A stretch of 62,166 nt of DNA from Treponema primitia (GTDB lineage Bacteria; Spirochaetota; Spirochaetia; Treponematales; Breznakiellaceae): assembly GCF_046533075.1 (NCBI RefSeq), contig NZ_JAJQRB010000001.1:1-62166 (forward strand), in the 5' to 3' direction. Positions within the stretch are counted from its first letter, which is position 1; the number at the start of each line of letters is the position of its first letter. A model generated the notes under the pieces. It did no database searches and was not told the origin of the DNA. It was given only the letters and a program-made list of their open reading frames with translations. Below are positions 28,732 through 37,187 of this stretch, piece after piece. The position numbers and the translations under genes are program-made.

Positions 28732-29132
28732 CCTCCTAAATCAGAATAATCCCGCAGCATTTCTAAAAGGGAGGTTTTCGAGACTCCCAGGTTTTCAAAT
28801 TCCTGAATAAACCGGGTAAGAACCTCCCGGATTTTCCGGTCCCGGGCATCCTCCTCCGGGACCGGCTTCCTGTCGGAGATGAAGGTACCGCTCCCCACCT
28901 GGGTGGAAAGTATCCCCCGGATTTCAAGTTCGTTATAAGCCTTGGCTATGGTATTCGGATTGATTCGAAGCTCCACCGCCAGGGCGCGGATGGTAGGGAG
29001 CCTATCCCCGCTCTTCAGTCTCCCTGATAAGATGGCGTACTCAATCTGCTGGATGATCTGCCGGTAAATCGGCGCCCCATTGGCGTTATCCAGGGAGAAA
29101 CTAATACCCGAAGGGATAATTGTACTATTCAT
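28725..29132 (-). CDS. GntR-family transcriptional regulator (HTH only, short)
   Basis: GntR winged-HTH PIYRQIIQQIEYAILSGRLKSGDRLPTIRALAVELRINPNTIAKAYNELE. Confidence 0.8.
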   Translation of the reverse strand: MNSTIIPSGISFSLDNANGAPIYRQIIQQIEYAILSGRLKSGDRLPTIRALAVELRINPNTIAKAYNELEIRGILSTQVGSGTFISDRKPVPEEDARDRKIREVLTRFIQEFENLGVSKTSLLEMLRDYSDLGGC

Positions 29133-29190
29133 CTAATACAATTGTAAATGAACTAGTACAATATGTCAAGTGAATTATTGTTTTTTTGAA

Positions 29191-30492
29191 TTATTGTTTT
29201 GACTTCCACACGTCAAGGGCATTCTGAACCGTGAAGCTTAGATCTCCGGGGTTTTTGGTTCCCATGGCTATTTCCTGCAATCCATCGTTGATGGCGCTGT
29301 ACACCGCTTCCGGGAAAACCCTGTCGATCACCGCGGTACCTGTTTTATACTCCCGGGCGAACTTAGCCACCTCTTTCTGTATAGGTTCCAGGTCCAGGGC
29401 GTTTTCGTCGATATCAATGCGGCTCGGTATGCCTATTTTCCCGGAACTCAGAAGCCAGGTCTGGGTTTCCCTGCCGGAAAGCCACTGTATAAGGCGCCAG
29501 GCAGCCCGTTCCTCCGGGGACTTATCCCGTATATTCGCACTGATACCCCAGCCTGCTCCAAGTACCACGGAAGTAGAATCGTTAAACTTAACCCCGTTAA
29601 TCTCCGGGAACAGGGTAACCAGAATATCCTGCCGCTCGAGGGGGATAAAGGCCTGGGCGCGCCAGTCGCCGTCGATAAGGTAGGCGGCCTTATTTTCGGC
29701 AAATTGGGTAACAACATCCCCGTAATCGATGAGCAGGGTAGTTCTGGCTATAACCCTGTCAATATAGAGGGATTGGATAAATTCAAGGGCCGCCGTAAAA
29801 TCGCTGTCCGTAAATTTCGCCTTGCCGGAAAGTATCGCCTGTTCCCAAGCCTCACCACAGAAACGCCCGGCAATGAGGGAGAATAGGCATTCCTGCATTA
29901 CCCAACCGTCCTGGTTGCCCAGGATGATGGTCTCATAGCCCTTTGACCTGAGTATGGGAACCTGAGCTTTAAGCTCATCATAGGTCTTCGCCGCCGTAAG
30001 CCCCGCATCGGCAAGTACCGCGGTATTCACATAGAAGGCATGGGTTGAAGTAAGAGACCTGGGCAGTATACCCAAGTATCCTGCAGCCTGGGCCCCTCCG
30101 TCCAGGGCTGCAGGGGAAAAGGCCGTCCCGAGCTTATCCCCGGCTGCCAGGGGAGAAAGATCCTTCAGAAATTTCCCGGCATGGAGCCCCGTGGACCCCC
30201 CCGAAGGCCAGGCAAAGATAATATCCGGAAACTTCCGCGCCTCAATACAGGCTGCTATTTTGGCATGGTAGGATTCACCATACAGATCCTCCCGGACTAT
30301 GGTAATATGGGGATTCGCCTCCTCAAAGGCATCCCAAACCCGGGCTTCTTCCTCGGCGCTGCCGGGCAGGGTCGTATCAAAATAGTTCAATACCCGGAGA
30401 CTTACCGGCGCATTTGGGCCACCCCCGAAACAGCCGGAAAGGGCTAAAGCCGTCACAAGGATCAGCCCCATAGAATAGTACGATTTTATCAT
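29191..30492 (-). CDS. ABC transporter substrate-binding lipoprotein (extracellular solute-binding family 1, sugar-type)
   Basis: Lipoprotein signal (…LVTALALSGCFGG) followed by an SBP-type fold. Confidence 0.75.
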   Translation of the reverse strand: MIKSYYSMGLILVTALALSGCFGGGPNAPVSLRVLNYFDTTLPGSAEEEARVWDAFEEANPHITIVREDLYGESYHAKIAACIEARKFPDIIFAWPSGGSTGLHAGKFLKDLSPLAAGDKLGTAFSPAALDGGAQAAGYLGILPRSLTSTHAFYVNTAVLADAGLTAAKTYDELKAQVPILRSKGYETIILGNQDGWVMQECLFSLIAGRFCGEAWEQAILSGKAKFTDSDFTAALEFIQSLYIDRVIARTTLLIDYGDVVTQFAENKAAYLIDGDWRAQAFIPLERQDILVTLFPEINGVKFNDSTSVVLGAGWGISANIRDKSPEERAAWRLIQWLSGRETQTWLLSSGKIGIPSRIDIDENALDLEPIQKEVAKFAREYKTGTAVIDRVFPEAVYSAINDGLQEIAMGTKNPGDLSFTVQNALDVWKSKQ

Positions 30493-30586
30493 AATTTTAT
30501 TATTATTCCCATTTACCCCGCTGTCAATTCATGGCTTGACACTAAAACGGGGAATTCGGTAGTATATTTCCGTTACCCTAGTTCAC

Positions 30587-30668
30587 GCGGCCATGGTGGA
30601 ACTGGTAGACACGCCAGCTTGAGGTGCTGGTGCCGAGAGGTATGGAAGTTCGAGTCTTCTTGGCCGCA
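30587..30668 (+). tRNA. tRNA-Leu (anticodon GAG), long variable arm; CCA not encoded
   Basis: Acceptor stem GCGGCCA/TGGCCGC. Anticodon stem CCAGC/GCTGG with loop TTGAGGT, a long variable arm, and T-arm GGAAGTTCGAGTCTTCT. Confidence 0.85.
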
Positions 30669-30675
30669 ACGAATG

Positions 30676-30702
30676 CCCCGCTGAAAAGCGGGGTTTTTGT
30701 TT
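30676..30702 (+). terminator. Rho-independent terminator after tRNA-Leu (CCCCGC-tgaaaa-GCGGGG-TTTTT)
   Basis: Perfect 6-bp GC stem followed by a T-tract. Confidence 0.75.
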
Positions 30703-30710
30703 GAACCGTT

Positions 30711-30730
30711 CCAAGAAGACTCGAACTTCC
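30711..30730. repeat. Inverted copy of the tRNA-Leu T-arm (CCAAGAAGACTCGAACTTCC)
   Basis: Exact reverse complement of 30645-30664. Confidence 0.8.
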
Positions 30731-30824
30731 GGAGGGCGCGCCGAGTGAATACGAGGAAAAGCGCGCATGGATGCGCGCGTCAGCGCCCGGAGCTGGCCCG
30801 GAAGCCGAGAACAGGATGTTCGAT

Positions 30825-30888
30825 GCTGGAGGGTTCGAGTCTTCTTGGCCGCAACGAATGCCCCGCCTATTTGGCGGGGTTTTTTTAT
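30825..30888 (+). repeat. Direct duplicate of the tRNA-Leu 3' half plus a variant terminator (attL/attR-like remnant)
   Basis: GCTGGAGGGTTCGAGTCTTCTTGGCCGCAACGAATGCCCCGCC-tattt-GGCGGGG-TTTTTTT. The variable arm is deleted relative to the intact tRNA. Confidence 0.8.
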
Positions 30889-30953
30889 AGCCTCACGGAA
30901 GCCTTTTTCGAGGGCCTTGAAGAAGTTGGAAAAGGGGTTTATAGTTTGTATTT

Positions 30954-31463
30954 ATGGCATCATTTATTGGTTACCATGGGACTGATGAATATGGGGCTAG
31001 AAAAATAGAGGAGCGCGGGTTTGAAGATTCGCCTTCTGAAAGTTGGTTAGGGCCGGGTATCTATTTTTTTGAGACCCAAGGGGTTTTTGATGGAATAGAA
31101 GCGGCAGAATGGTGGGTTAAAACCTACAAAAAGTATCCCCGATGGGTTATACTAAAAGCGGAGATTAATTCTGTTGCTGTTATGGATTTGTTTGGTTCAA
31201 AAATCGACAGAGCAAAATTTGGTAGCATAAAACAAAAATTGCTTGAAAAACATCTTGCTTCCGGAGGTAAGGAAATTGACTTTGAACTTAAAACCGTATT
31301 TATGGCCATCAACAGAAAAGTCGATATAATCCGATGTCTAGTCGATGCCGCACGGTTGGACAAATTTGTCAATTTTGTTGTGGGTTTTCCGCAAATACAA
31401 ATTTGTGTCACAAAGTCGGGTTGCATAAGCAACTTTCAAAAGTTTAATGAAGGGATTCTATAA
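30954..31463 (+). CDS. DUF3990-like protein (GYHGT ... LGPGIYF motifs)
   Basis: 169 aa. MASFIGYHGTDEYGARKIEERGFEDSPSESWLGPGIYFFET matches the YHGS/…FGxGFYxT N-terminal signature of DUF3990 as recalled from memory. AT-rich region. Confidence 0.55.
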   Translation: MASFIGYHGTDEYGARKIEERGFEDSPSESWLGPGIYFFETQGVFDGIEAAEWWVKTYKKYPRWVILKAEINSVAVMDLFGSKIDRAKFGSIKQKLLEKHLASGGKEIDFELKTVFMAINRKVDIIRCLVDAARLDKFVNFVVGFPQIQICVTKSGCISNFQKFNEGIL

Positions 31464-31612
31464 TGGACGATACGCTGTTTGAAGAAATTCTCAATGAAAT
31501 TGATTTGATGTCCTCTGAAGAATATTGGGCTTTTTATCGGGAAGCTAAGAAGTTACCTGATTTTAACCTGCTTATTCCGGCTGATTTGAACACAAATTCC
31601 GGCAACACTTGA
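31463..31612 (+). CDS. Small ORF (49 aa) translationally coupled to the DUF3990-like gene (TAATG overlap); 3' end runs into the IS21 terminus
   Basis: MDDTLFEEILNEIDLMSSEEYWAFYREAKKLPDFNLLIPADLNTNSGNT*. The stop codon lies inside the IS21 terminal repeat. Confidence 0.4.
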   Translation: MDDTLFEEILNEIDLMSSEEYWAFYREAKKLPDFNLLIPADLNTNSGNT

Positions 31613-31736
31613 ACATGAAACCGGAACATTTGAACATCGTACCTACTCCAGGACAAGGTATACCACAGGCCGGTAAAATTGTGCAAGCATGTTTTAGCGG
31701 ACTCTTATGCGCCGTAGGCGCCGGTCAAAGGAGGGG

Positions 31737-32480
31737 CTAATCAGGGTCCCTGTCGGCGAGAGTTTTTCTCATGGAATCCCCCGAAATGTTGAACTTATGG
31801 GCGTTGTGGACTACCCGGTCCAGGATGGCGTCGGCTAGAGTGGGGTCCGGAAATAGGCCGTGCCAAGCGGAACAGGGAAGCTGTCCTGAGATAATCGTCG
31901 AGGCGGCATCGTAGCGCCGTTCAAAGAGCTCCATGATTTCATGACTCTCCTCCAGGGTGAACTTCCGCAGCCCCCAGTCGTCCAGAATGAGCAGCGGAAC
32001 TGTCGCGAGGCGGTTACGAAGCAGGGTGAACCGGCCCTCCATCTGGGCATCGGAAAGCTGTACGAAGAAGTCGGGAACCCTGATATAGGTCACCGGGGTA
32101 CCTTGGTAACAGGCGGCGCGGCCGATGGCGCTGACAAGGTAGGTCTTGCCGACCCCGGTAGGACCCGTGATAAGGATATTCTGTTTGTTCCTGAGGTATG
32201 ATCCTTCGCACAAACGCTGTACATCGGGTTTTGAAATGCCGTGTTTTCCCTGGTAGTCAATGTCCTCAATGACCGCCGGGAACCGGAAGCCCGCCTGGGT
32301 CACCAGTCGGTTAATCCGCTTGGAGCGTTTGGCAAGCCATTCGGCCTCGACCAGAAGTGCCAGCCGTTCGTCGAAGGGGAGCGTGTCCGGACCCGGCTGT
32401 TCCTGCTGTTCGATGAAGGCGGCGGCCATGGCCGACAGGTGGAGGTCGTGCAGTTGATTTATCGTTGTTTTGTTAAGCAT
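31737..32480 (-). CDS. istB: IS21 helper ATPase IstB
   Basis: Walker A ILITGPTGVGKTYLVSAIG and Walker B LLILDDWG. The probable start is MLNKTTINQ at 32480. The longer annotated ORF upstream is an out-of-frame read-through of the istA 3' end. Confidence 0.85.
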   Translation of the reverse strand: MLNKTTINQLHDLHLSAMAAAFIEQQEQPGPDTLPFDERLALLVEAEWLAKRSKRINRLVTQAGFRFPAVIEDIDYQGKHGISKPDVQRLCEGSYLRNKQNILITGPTGVGKTYLVSAIGRAACYQGTPVTYIRVPDFFVQLSDAQMEGRFTLLRNRLATVPLLILDDWGLRKFTLEESHEIMELFERRYDAASTIISGQLPCSAWHGLFPDPTLADAILDRVVHNAHKFNISGDSMRKTLADRDPD

Positions 32481-34117
32481 TGAACGCCTCCTCAGCCAGG
32501 GATGGACCGTAGTATTCCTGTCCCCGGATGTTTTGATGGGTAATAGGGGGTGCAGCCTGCTCCTCCTGTTTCTTAAACAGCCGTTCAAAATACTTATGGG
32601 TATAGATGTTGGCGGCCAGGGCTTGCTCACAGACTTGTTCCATGTATTGCCGGGGTGCGTTCTGCCCCATGCGGAGGATACCGGCGCAGGTTTTAAATGA
32701 CTGTTCCGGATGTTCCCGCTGTTCCATAAGCCAGGTGATATAGGCCTCCGTTTTCGGCCCCGTCTTGGCCGCCCAGGAGCGGAACCGTTCAGGCGACCAG
32801 TCGGCGACCGCCTTGTGTTTCTCGGGCATATGCTCAAATCGGTGGGTTCTTTCCAGTCTTGGTTGAAAACATCACTTAAGATCATTTTTCAAGAAAGTTG
32901 TATTATTTTTCATTCAGCTTTTCTCGGTAATCAACTAACTTTGGGAAGAACCAATCGGTGGTATACCGGCTGCGCTTCTCGTAATTACGGATATGGCAGG
33001 AAATGCGTTCCCCCTCCGAAAACACCTCAATAGTGCGTATTGTAGCCCGTATTTCGACCTGTTTCCCCGCAAACGTGTAGGGCACGCTGTAGTAATACGA
33101 ATCGAACTGGACATGATAGTCGAAGCCGACCTTAGCCAGCTTATGTTCGGCGTACTCGTACCGGGACGGGGGAAGCGCCCGTAACTGCCCTTTCTCAAAT
33201 TCCAAGAAAGCCTCCTGCCGATTCCCCGGGATTTTTGCGAACGGCTGAGTGTTGAGGACTTCGAGCTCCGCCCTCACCGCCTTCCACAGTTCCGGGAAGG
33301 AAAGAAACTGCCGGTCCCGCAATTTCGCAATGATTCTGCGTTCCACGATTTGTACACCGGTTTCTACCGGCGCCTTGTCCCGGGGAGCTCTGGACCGGGC
33401 CGGGATGATGACCGCCCCATAGTACCGGGCCAGCTCGTGATAGGTCTTGTTAAGATCCGGGTCGTAGTATTTTGGTTTGATGACTGCCGTCTTGGTATTA
33501 TCTGGCACAAGAATCGCTGCGGCCCCGCCGTAGTACTCAAAGGCGTTTACATGGGCCGCGCTCCACGATTCCTGTCCCATGTTCAGGAACGGTTCCACAT
33601 ACAGGTAAGAACTGGCCGGGAGGTCTGCTACAAACAGGTATACTTTTACTGCTTCCCCCCGAGAATTGGTATACTGCATGGTCAGCCCTGCCCAGTCAAC
33701 CAGCATTCGTTCCCCGGCTTTGTAGGATTTATGCATATACACCTCATTCTGTTTACGGAACTTCCGATACCGCTCGCAGAATGGAGAAAGCATATATCCG
33801 TTGGGGTGGGCGGTTTTGTACTCCTCCCACAGGAGGGTTAGGGTGACCCCCTTCTTCTGCATTTCCCGGTGGACCCATTCCAGGTCCGGTTCGTCCCGCT
33901 GCGCCCCCGCCTCTTTGACCGCCGGGTACAGGACCTTGCTCAGCTCCTTGTTCCGTATGGCCTTAAGGTCGATGATGCCCGCCTCCCGGGCCCGCGCCAG
34001 AATGGCGTTCACATTCCCCAGGGAGCGGCCGGTGGCCCCGGCTATTTCCCGCTGTGTCATTCCTGCGTCCTTGAGCCGAAGGATTTCCCGTGCTTTTTCC
34101 ATCTCTACTCTCCTCAT
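32473..34117 (-). pseudogene. istA: IS21 transposase IstA, disrupted: N-terminal part (32903..34117) and C-terminal part (32473..32829) lie in different frames and are separated by a ~106-bp insertion
   Basis: N-part has the HTH (MTQREIAGATGRSLGNVNAI) and a DDE core. C-part has MPEKHKAVADWSPERF...HPEQSFKTCAGIL, the conserved IstA C-terminus, in another frame. Confidence 0.8.
32847..32952. mobile_element. MITE-like ~106-bp insertion inside istA with imperfect TIR (GGTTCTTYCC...) and flanking 9-bp direct repeat AATCGGTGG
   Basis: Direct repeats aatcggtgg at 32838-32846 and 32953-32961. The AT-rich insert starts GGTTCTTTCCAG and ends ...TTTGGGAAGAACC. Confidence 0.55.
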
Positions 34118-34671
34118 GATGTCGCTCCTTGGTTTGTTCCCGGAAGCGTACGATATTTTGGAGGGTTTGATGTTCAAATGTTCCGCAAGCCTGTTCAAGT
34201 GTTCCGCAAGCCTGTTCAAGTGTTCCGCATGGATGTTCAAATGTCGCCGCAAGCGTGTTCAAGTGTTGCCGTTTTTCTGTTCAAGTATTTCCGCAAGCCT
34301 GTTCAAATGCGCCGGAATTCATGTTCAAATGTCGCCGCAGAATGCAGTCATTATTAATGAAGCGTACCGGCGCGGGGACATTGAGACGAATATCATCCAT
34401 AACATCAAACCCTTGGCAGAGCATAGCAAAGAGCGCGGCGTCCTCACTGTAAAGGAAGCCACCCAGGTCCTTAATGAGCAAACATGGAAATTGGTATGGT
34501 CCGATCAGTGGATGCATTACATCTATAATTTGACGGCGGCTCAGACGAGGATGCGCTTCAGACTCCTTGTTAACACCGAATGGGATACTTAAACGACACT
34601 ACAGCATAATGTAAGGGTTTACATTAAAGCATAGAATATCGCCCCAAAGGGGTAGTGCTGATAGGTTTGCT

Positions 34672-34965
34672 TTACTTTTGCGCTTCAATGATAACTGTAT
34701 CAATTCCAGAGGCCACTTTTTCAAGAATATCCAACTTAATTGCCTCTAAATGCTCTATTTGGGAAGGTTTTAAGCCCTGTGCCGCCGTCTCATCGTAAAA
34801 AAGCTGATAAGCTTCGATGTCCAAAGCCTCAGCAAGCTTCATGATAAAGGCGAAAGAGGGTGTTCTTCTCCCACTCTCGATCTGCCGGATATAGGTATGG
34901 GCCGCCTCACATCGTTCTGCCAGTGTTTTTTGGGAAATTCCTCGCTTTTTACGCCATTTTTTCAT
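34672..34965 (-). CDS. XRE-family (Cro/C1-type HTH) transcriptional regulator
   Basis: HTH ISQKTLAERCEAAHTYIRQIESGRRTPSFAFIMKLAEAL. The start is probably MKKWRKKRG. Confidence 0.7.
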   Translation of the reverse strand: MKKWRKKRGISQKTLAERCEAAHTYIRQIESGRRTPSFAFIMKLAEALDIEAYQLFYDETAAQGLKPSQIEHLEAIKLDILEKVASGIDTVIIEAQK

Positions 34966-35151
34966 ATTGTGAATAAATACACCGTTCAAATCCATATTTT
35001 GTATTCTATGAGCTTCTACTTTTTATCCATAGAGTAGCTTGACGTTTACATTATAGATATAATATGATTACATCGTGCTTACAATTTTATGGAAAATTAA
35101 AGGATTTTTTGAAAATTTGTGTAGTCTGCTGGACTACAAAAGGAGTTTTTT

Positions 35152-35790
35152 ATGAAAAAAAGAGAACTTTTATTGTCAATTCTCGGCATAGTACTGACAT
35201 TGGGGTTAATGCTTACTGGGTGTGATAATCCAGCTGGAGATAATGGTAACGGCGGTAACATTAAATATACGGTAACTTTTAATGCAGATGGTGGAACTGT
35301 TAATCCAACAAGTAAAGAAATTATTGCCGGTGATACTGTTGGCACTTTACCAACACCAACAAAACCCGGATATACTTTTGGAGGTTGGTTTACAGCTCGA
35401 AATGGAAGTGGAGTCGCTTTTACAACAACAAGCACTGTTACCGCTGCTATAACACTATATGCAGAATGGATAGTGATTATACAAAATACATATTATGGAG
35501 AATTTGATGGTATAAGTTCAACTGCGTATAATTTAATAATGGCCCATCAATATGAATGGGATGCAGTAAAATGGCATAATGCGATTATGAATAATCCTTG
35601 TTATCCAAGTAGTAAACAGTATCAAGCTGGTATGTCAATTAGCGAATTAAGATCTTTTTTAAATGGAAAAGACATAATCGGATCAACTCAAGAAACGATA
35701 ATAACTAATTTAACTAGAAACGGTGCTGCGATTCTTATTTATCTTGCGGTTAATGATTATTACTATTATGTATATGCAATACGGGAATAA
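35152..35790 (+). CDS. Lipoprotein with Listeria-Bacteroides (InlB B-repeat, Flg_new) repeat
   Basis: Lipobox LMLTGC followed by YTVTFNADGGTVNPTSKEIIAGDTVGTLPTPTKPGYTFGGWFTARNGSGVAFTTTSTVTAAITLYAEW. AT-rich. Confidence 0.7.
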   Translation: MKKRELLLSILGIVLTLGLMLTGCDNPAGDNGNGGNIKYTVTFNADGGTVNPTSKEIIAGDTVGTLPTPTKPGYTFGGWFTARNGSGVAFTTTSTVTAAITLYAEWIVIIQNTYYGEFDGISSTAYNLIMAHQYEWDAVKWHNAIMNNPCYPSSKQYQAGMSISELRSFLNGKDIIGSTQETIITNLTRNGAAILIYLAVNDYYYYVYAIRE

Positions 35791-35940
35791 TGTAGTTACA
35801 TAAGAATATGTCAAGGGAACCTCTAAAAACTCAAAATAAAAGTCAAATACCTTATCTTTTATAGAGGTTTTGCGGACGTGTCAGAAATAGGACCTGTTGA
35901 CAAAGGGAATCTATTAATAGATATGGTATAATTCCTATCG

Positions 35941-36171
35941 GTGGATACAGCCATGATGGGTAGGAAAAGCAAACAGCTATGCATGATAATGATAGACATG
36001 GAGGAACTCATACCGAAAAATCATCTGGTAAGAAAGATAATAGAAGCAATAGATTTTGATTTTATATATACCGAAGCGGCAGAGTATTATTCAAATATTG
36101 GCCGTCCATCAATAGACCCTCTAGACTTCCCCCGGTTTGGTAGACGGTCCAATCCGATAATCATCCGGTAA
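35941..36171 (+). pseudogene. N-terminal fragment of an IS5/IS1182-family transposase (InsH_N/DUF772-like)
   Basis: …LIPKNHLVRKIIEAIDFDFIY…YYSNIGRPSIDP… then truncated. Confidence 0.6.
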
Positions 36172-36179
36172 GAGAAAAG

Positions 36180-37139
36180 ATTATGCGCCTGGTGGTGGTG
36201 GATGAACAGCACCGCTTCGGGGTAACCCAGCGCCAGGCCATCATGTCCAAGGGGGATCACCCGGGCCTCCTGATGATGAGCGCCACCCCTGGACCCTGGC
36301 GTTGACGGTTTTTGGGGACCTGGACGTTTCGGTAATCCCCGACATGCCCCCGGGCCGGAAACCCGTCAAAACCCACCTGGCAAAGGAGTCCAGCGAGGCC
36401 CGGGTCTACGACTTTGTCCGCAAGGAACTGGCCGCAGGGCATCAGGCCTATTTTGTCTATCCCCTCATAGAGGCGGACGGTAACAAGGCCCTCAAGGACG
36501 CTGAGTCCATGGCGGAGCGGCTGGCAAAAAAGGTTTTCCCCCAATACCCCACAGCCCTGGTCCATTCAAAGCTGGATGAAGAAGAAAAGCGGCGGGCCAT
36601 GGAACGGTTCCGCCTGGGGGAAATCCGCATCCTGGCGGCCACCAGCGTGGTGGAAGTGGGGGTGGATGTACCCAACGCCACCTGCATGGTCGTGGAACAC
36701 GCCGAGCGTTTCGGCCTTTCCGCCCTGCACCAACTCCGGGGCCGGGTCGGCCAGGGGGAAGCTCAGTCTTACTGCTTCCTGGTCTACTCCGATGCGCCCG
36801 ATGAGGCGGCGGGGGGGGCGGAGCCGAAGCTGCCGGGACGGTCCTGACCGATGACGGCAAGACCCGGCTCAAGGTGATGCTGGAAAACAACGATGGCTTT
36901 GTCATCGCCGAGGAGGACCTGAAGCTCCGGGGCCCCGGCCAGATTGCGGGCATCGAACAGCCGGGCTACCTATCCTTAGGGATCGCCGACCCCATACGGG
37001 ACGCCGAGGAACTTGCCCGGGCCCGGATCGACGCCTTCGCCATGCTGGAGGAGGACCCGGGGCTGCTCCTGCCAGAACACCGCCGCATAGCCCAGGTACT
37101 GGAACGGGCGCCGCCCTTTGCGAACGTGGTGCTGTGAGC
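36180..37139 (+). pseudogene. recG: recG 3' fragment (C-terminal ~320 codons of ATP-dependent DNA helicase RecG) with at least two frameshifts
   Basis: Three successive frames carry [17 protein letters not shown], then DLDVSVIPDMPPGRKPVKTH…HSKL…QLRGRVGQG, then NDGFVIAEEDLKLRGPG…. Frameshifts occur near 36295 and in the G8 run near 36815. Confidence 0.8.
37087..37129 (+). repeat. recG 3'-terminus, copy 1 (ATAGCCCAGG-tactggaacggg-CGCCGCCCTTTGCGAACGTGG)
   Basis: Directly repeated, minus the 12-nt insert, at 40741-40771. Encodes IAQVLERAPPFANVVL*. Confidence 0.85.
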
Positions 37140-37187
37140 TATGCTTATCGGTAAGTGGATAAATTGGATCTAAAAGGAATACGCAGA

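Larger units (their letters stand above)
31587..34346 (-). mobile_element. IS21-family insertion sequence (istA disrupted, istB intact). Boundaries are approximate.
   Basis: Both ends carry multiple copies of the terminal repeat motif (CATGTTCAAATG / CACTTGAACATG, 31600-31640 and 34140-34340). The internal genes are IstA and IstB. Confidence 0.8.

Noticed and set aside
30825-30868. Second tRNA gene downstream of tRNA-Leu
   Set aside because: Only the 3' half (part of the anticodon stem plus the T-arm plus the acceptor 3' strand) is present. There is no matching 5' acceptor strand or D-arm upstream, so this is a duplicated fragment and not a gene.
31737-32885. 382-aa istB ORF as listed in the six-frame track
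   Set aside because: The N-terminal 135 residues are an out-of-frame translation of the istA C-terminal region. The Walker-A-containing IstB begins at the internal Met (MLNKTTINQ, 32480).
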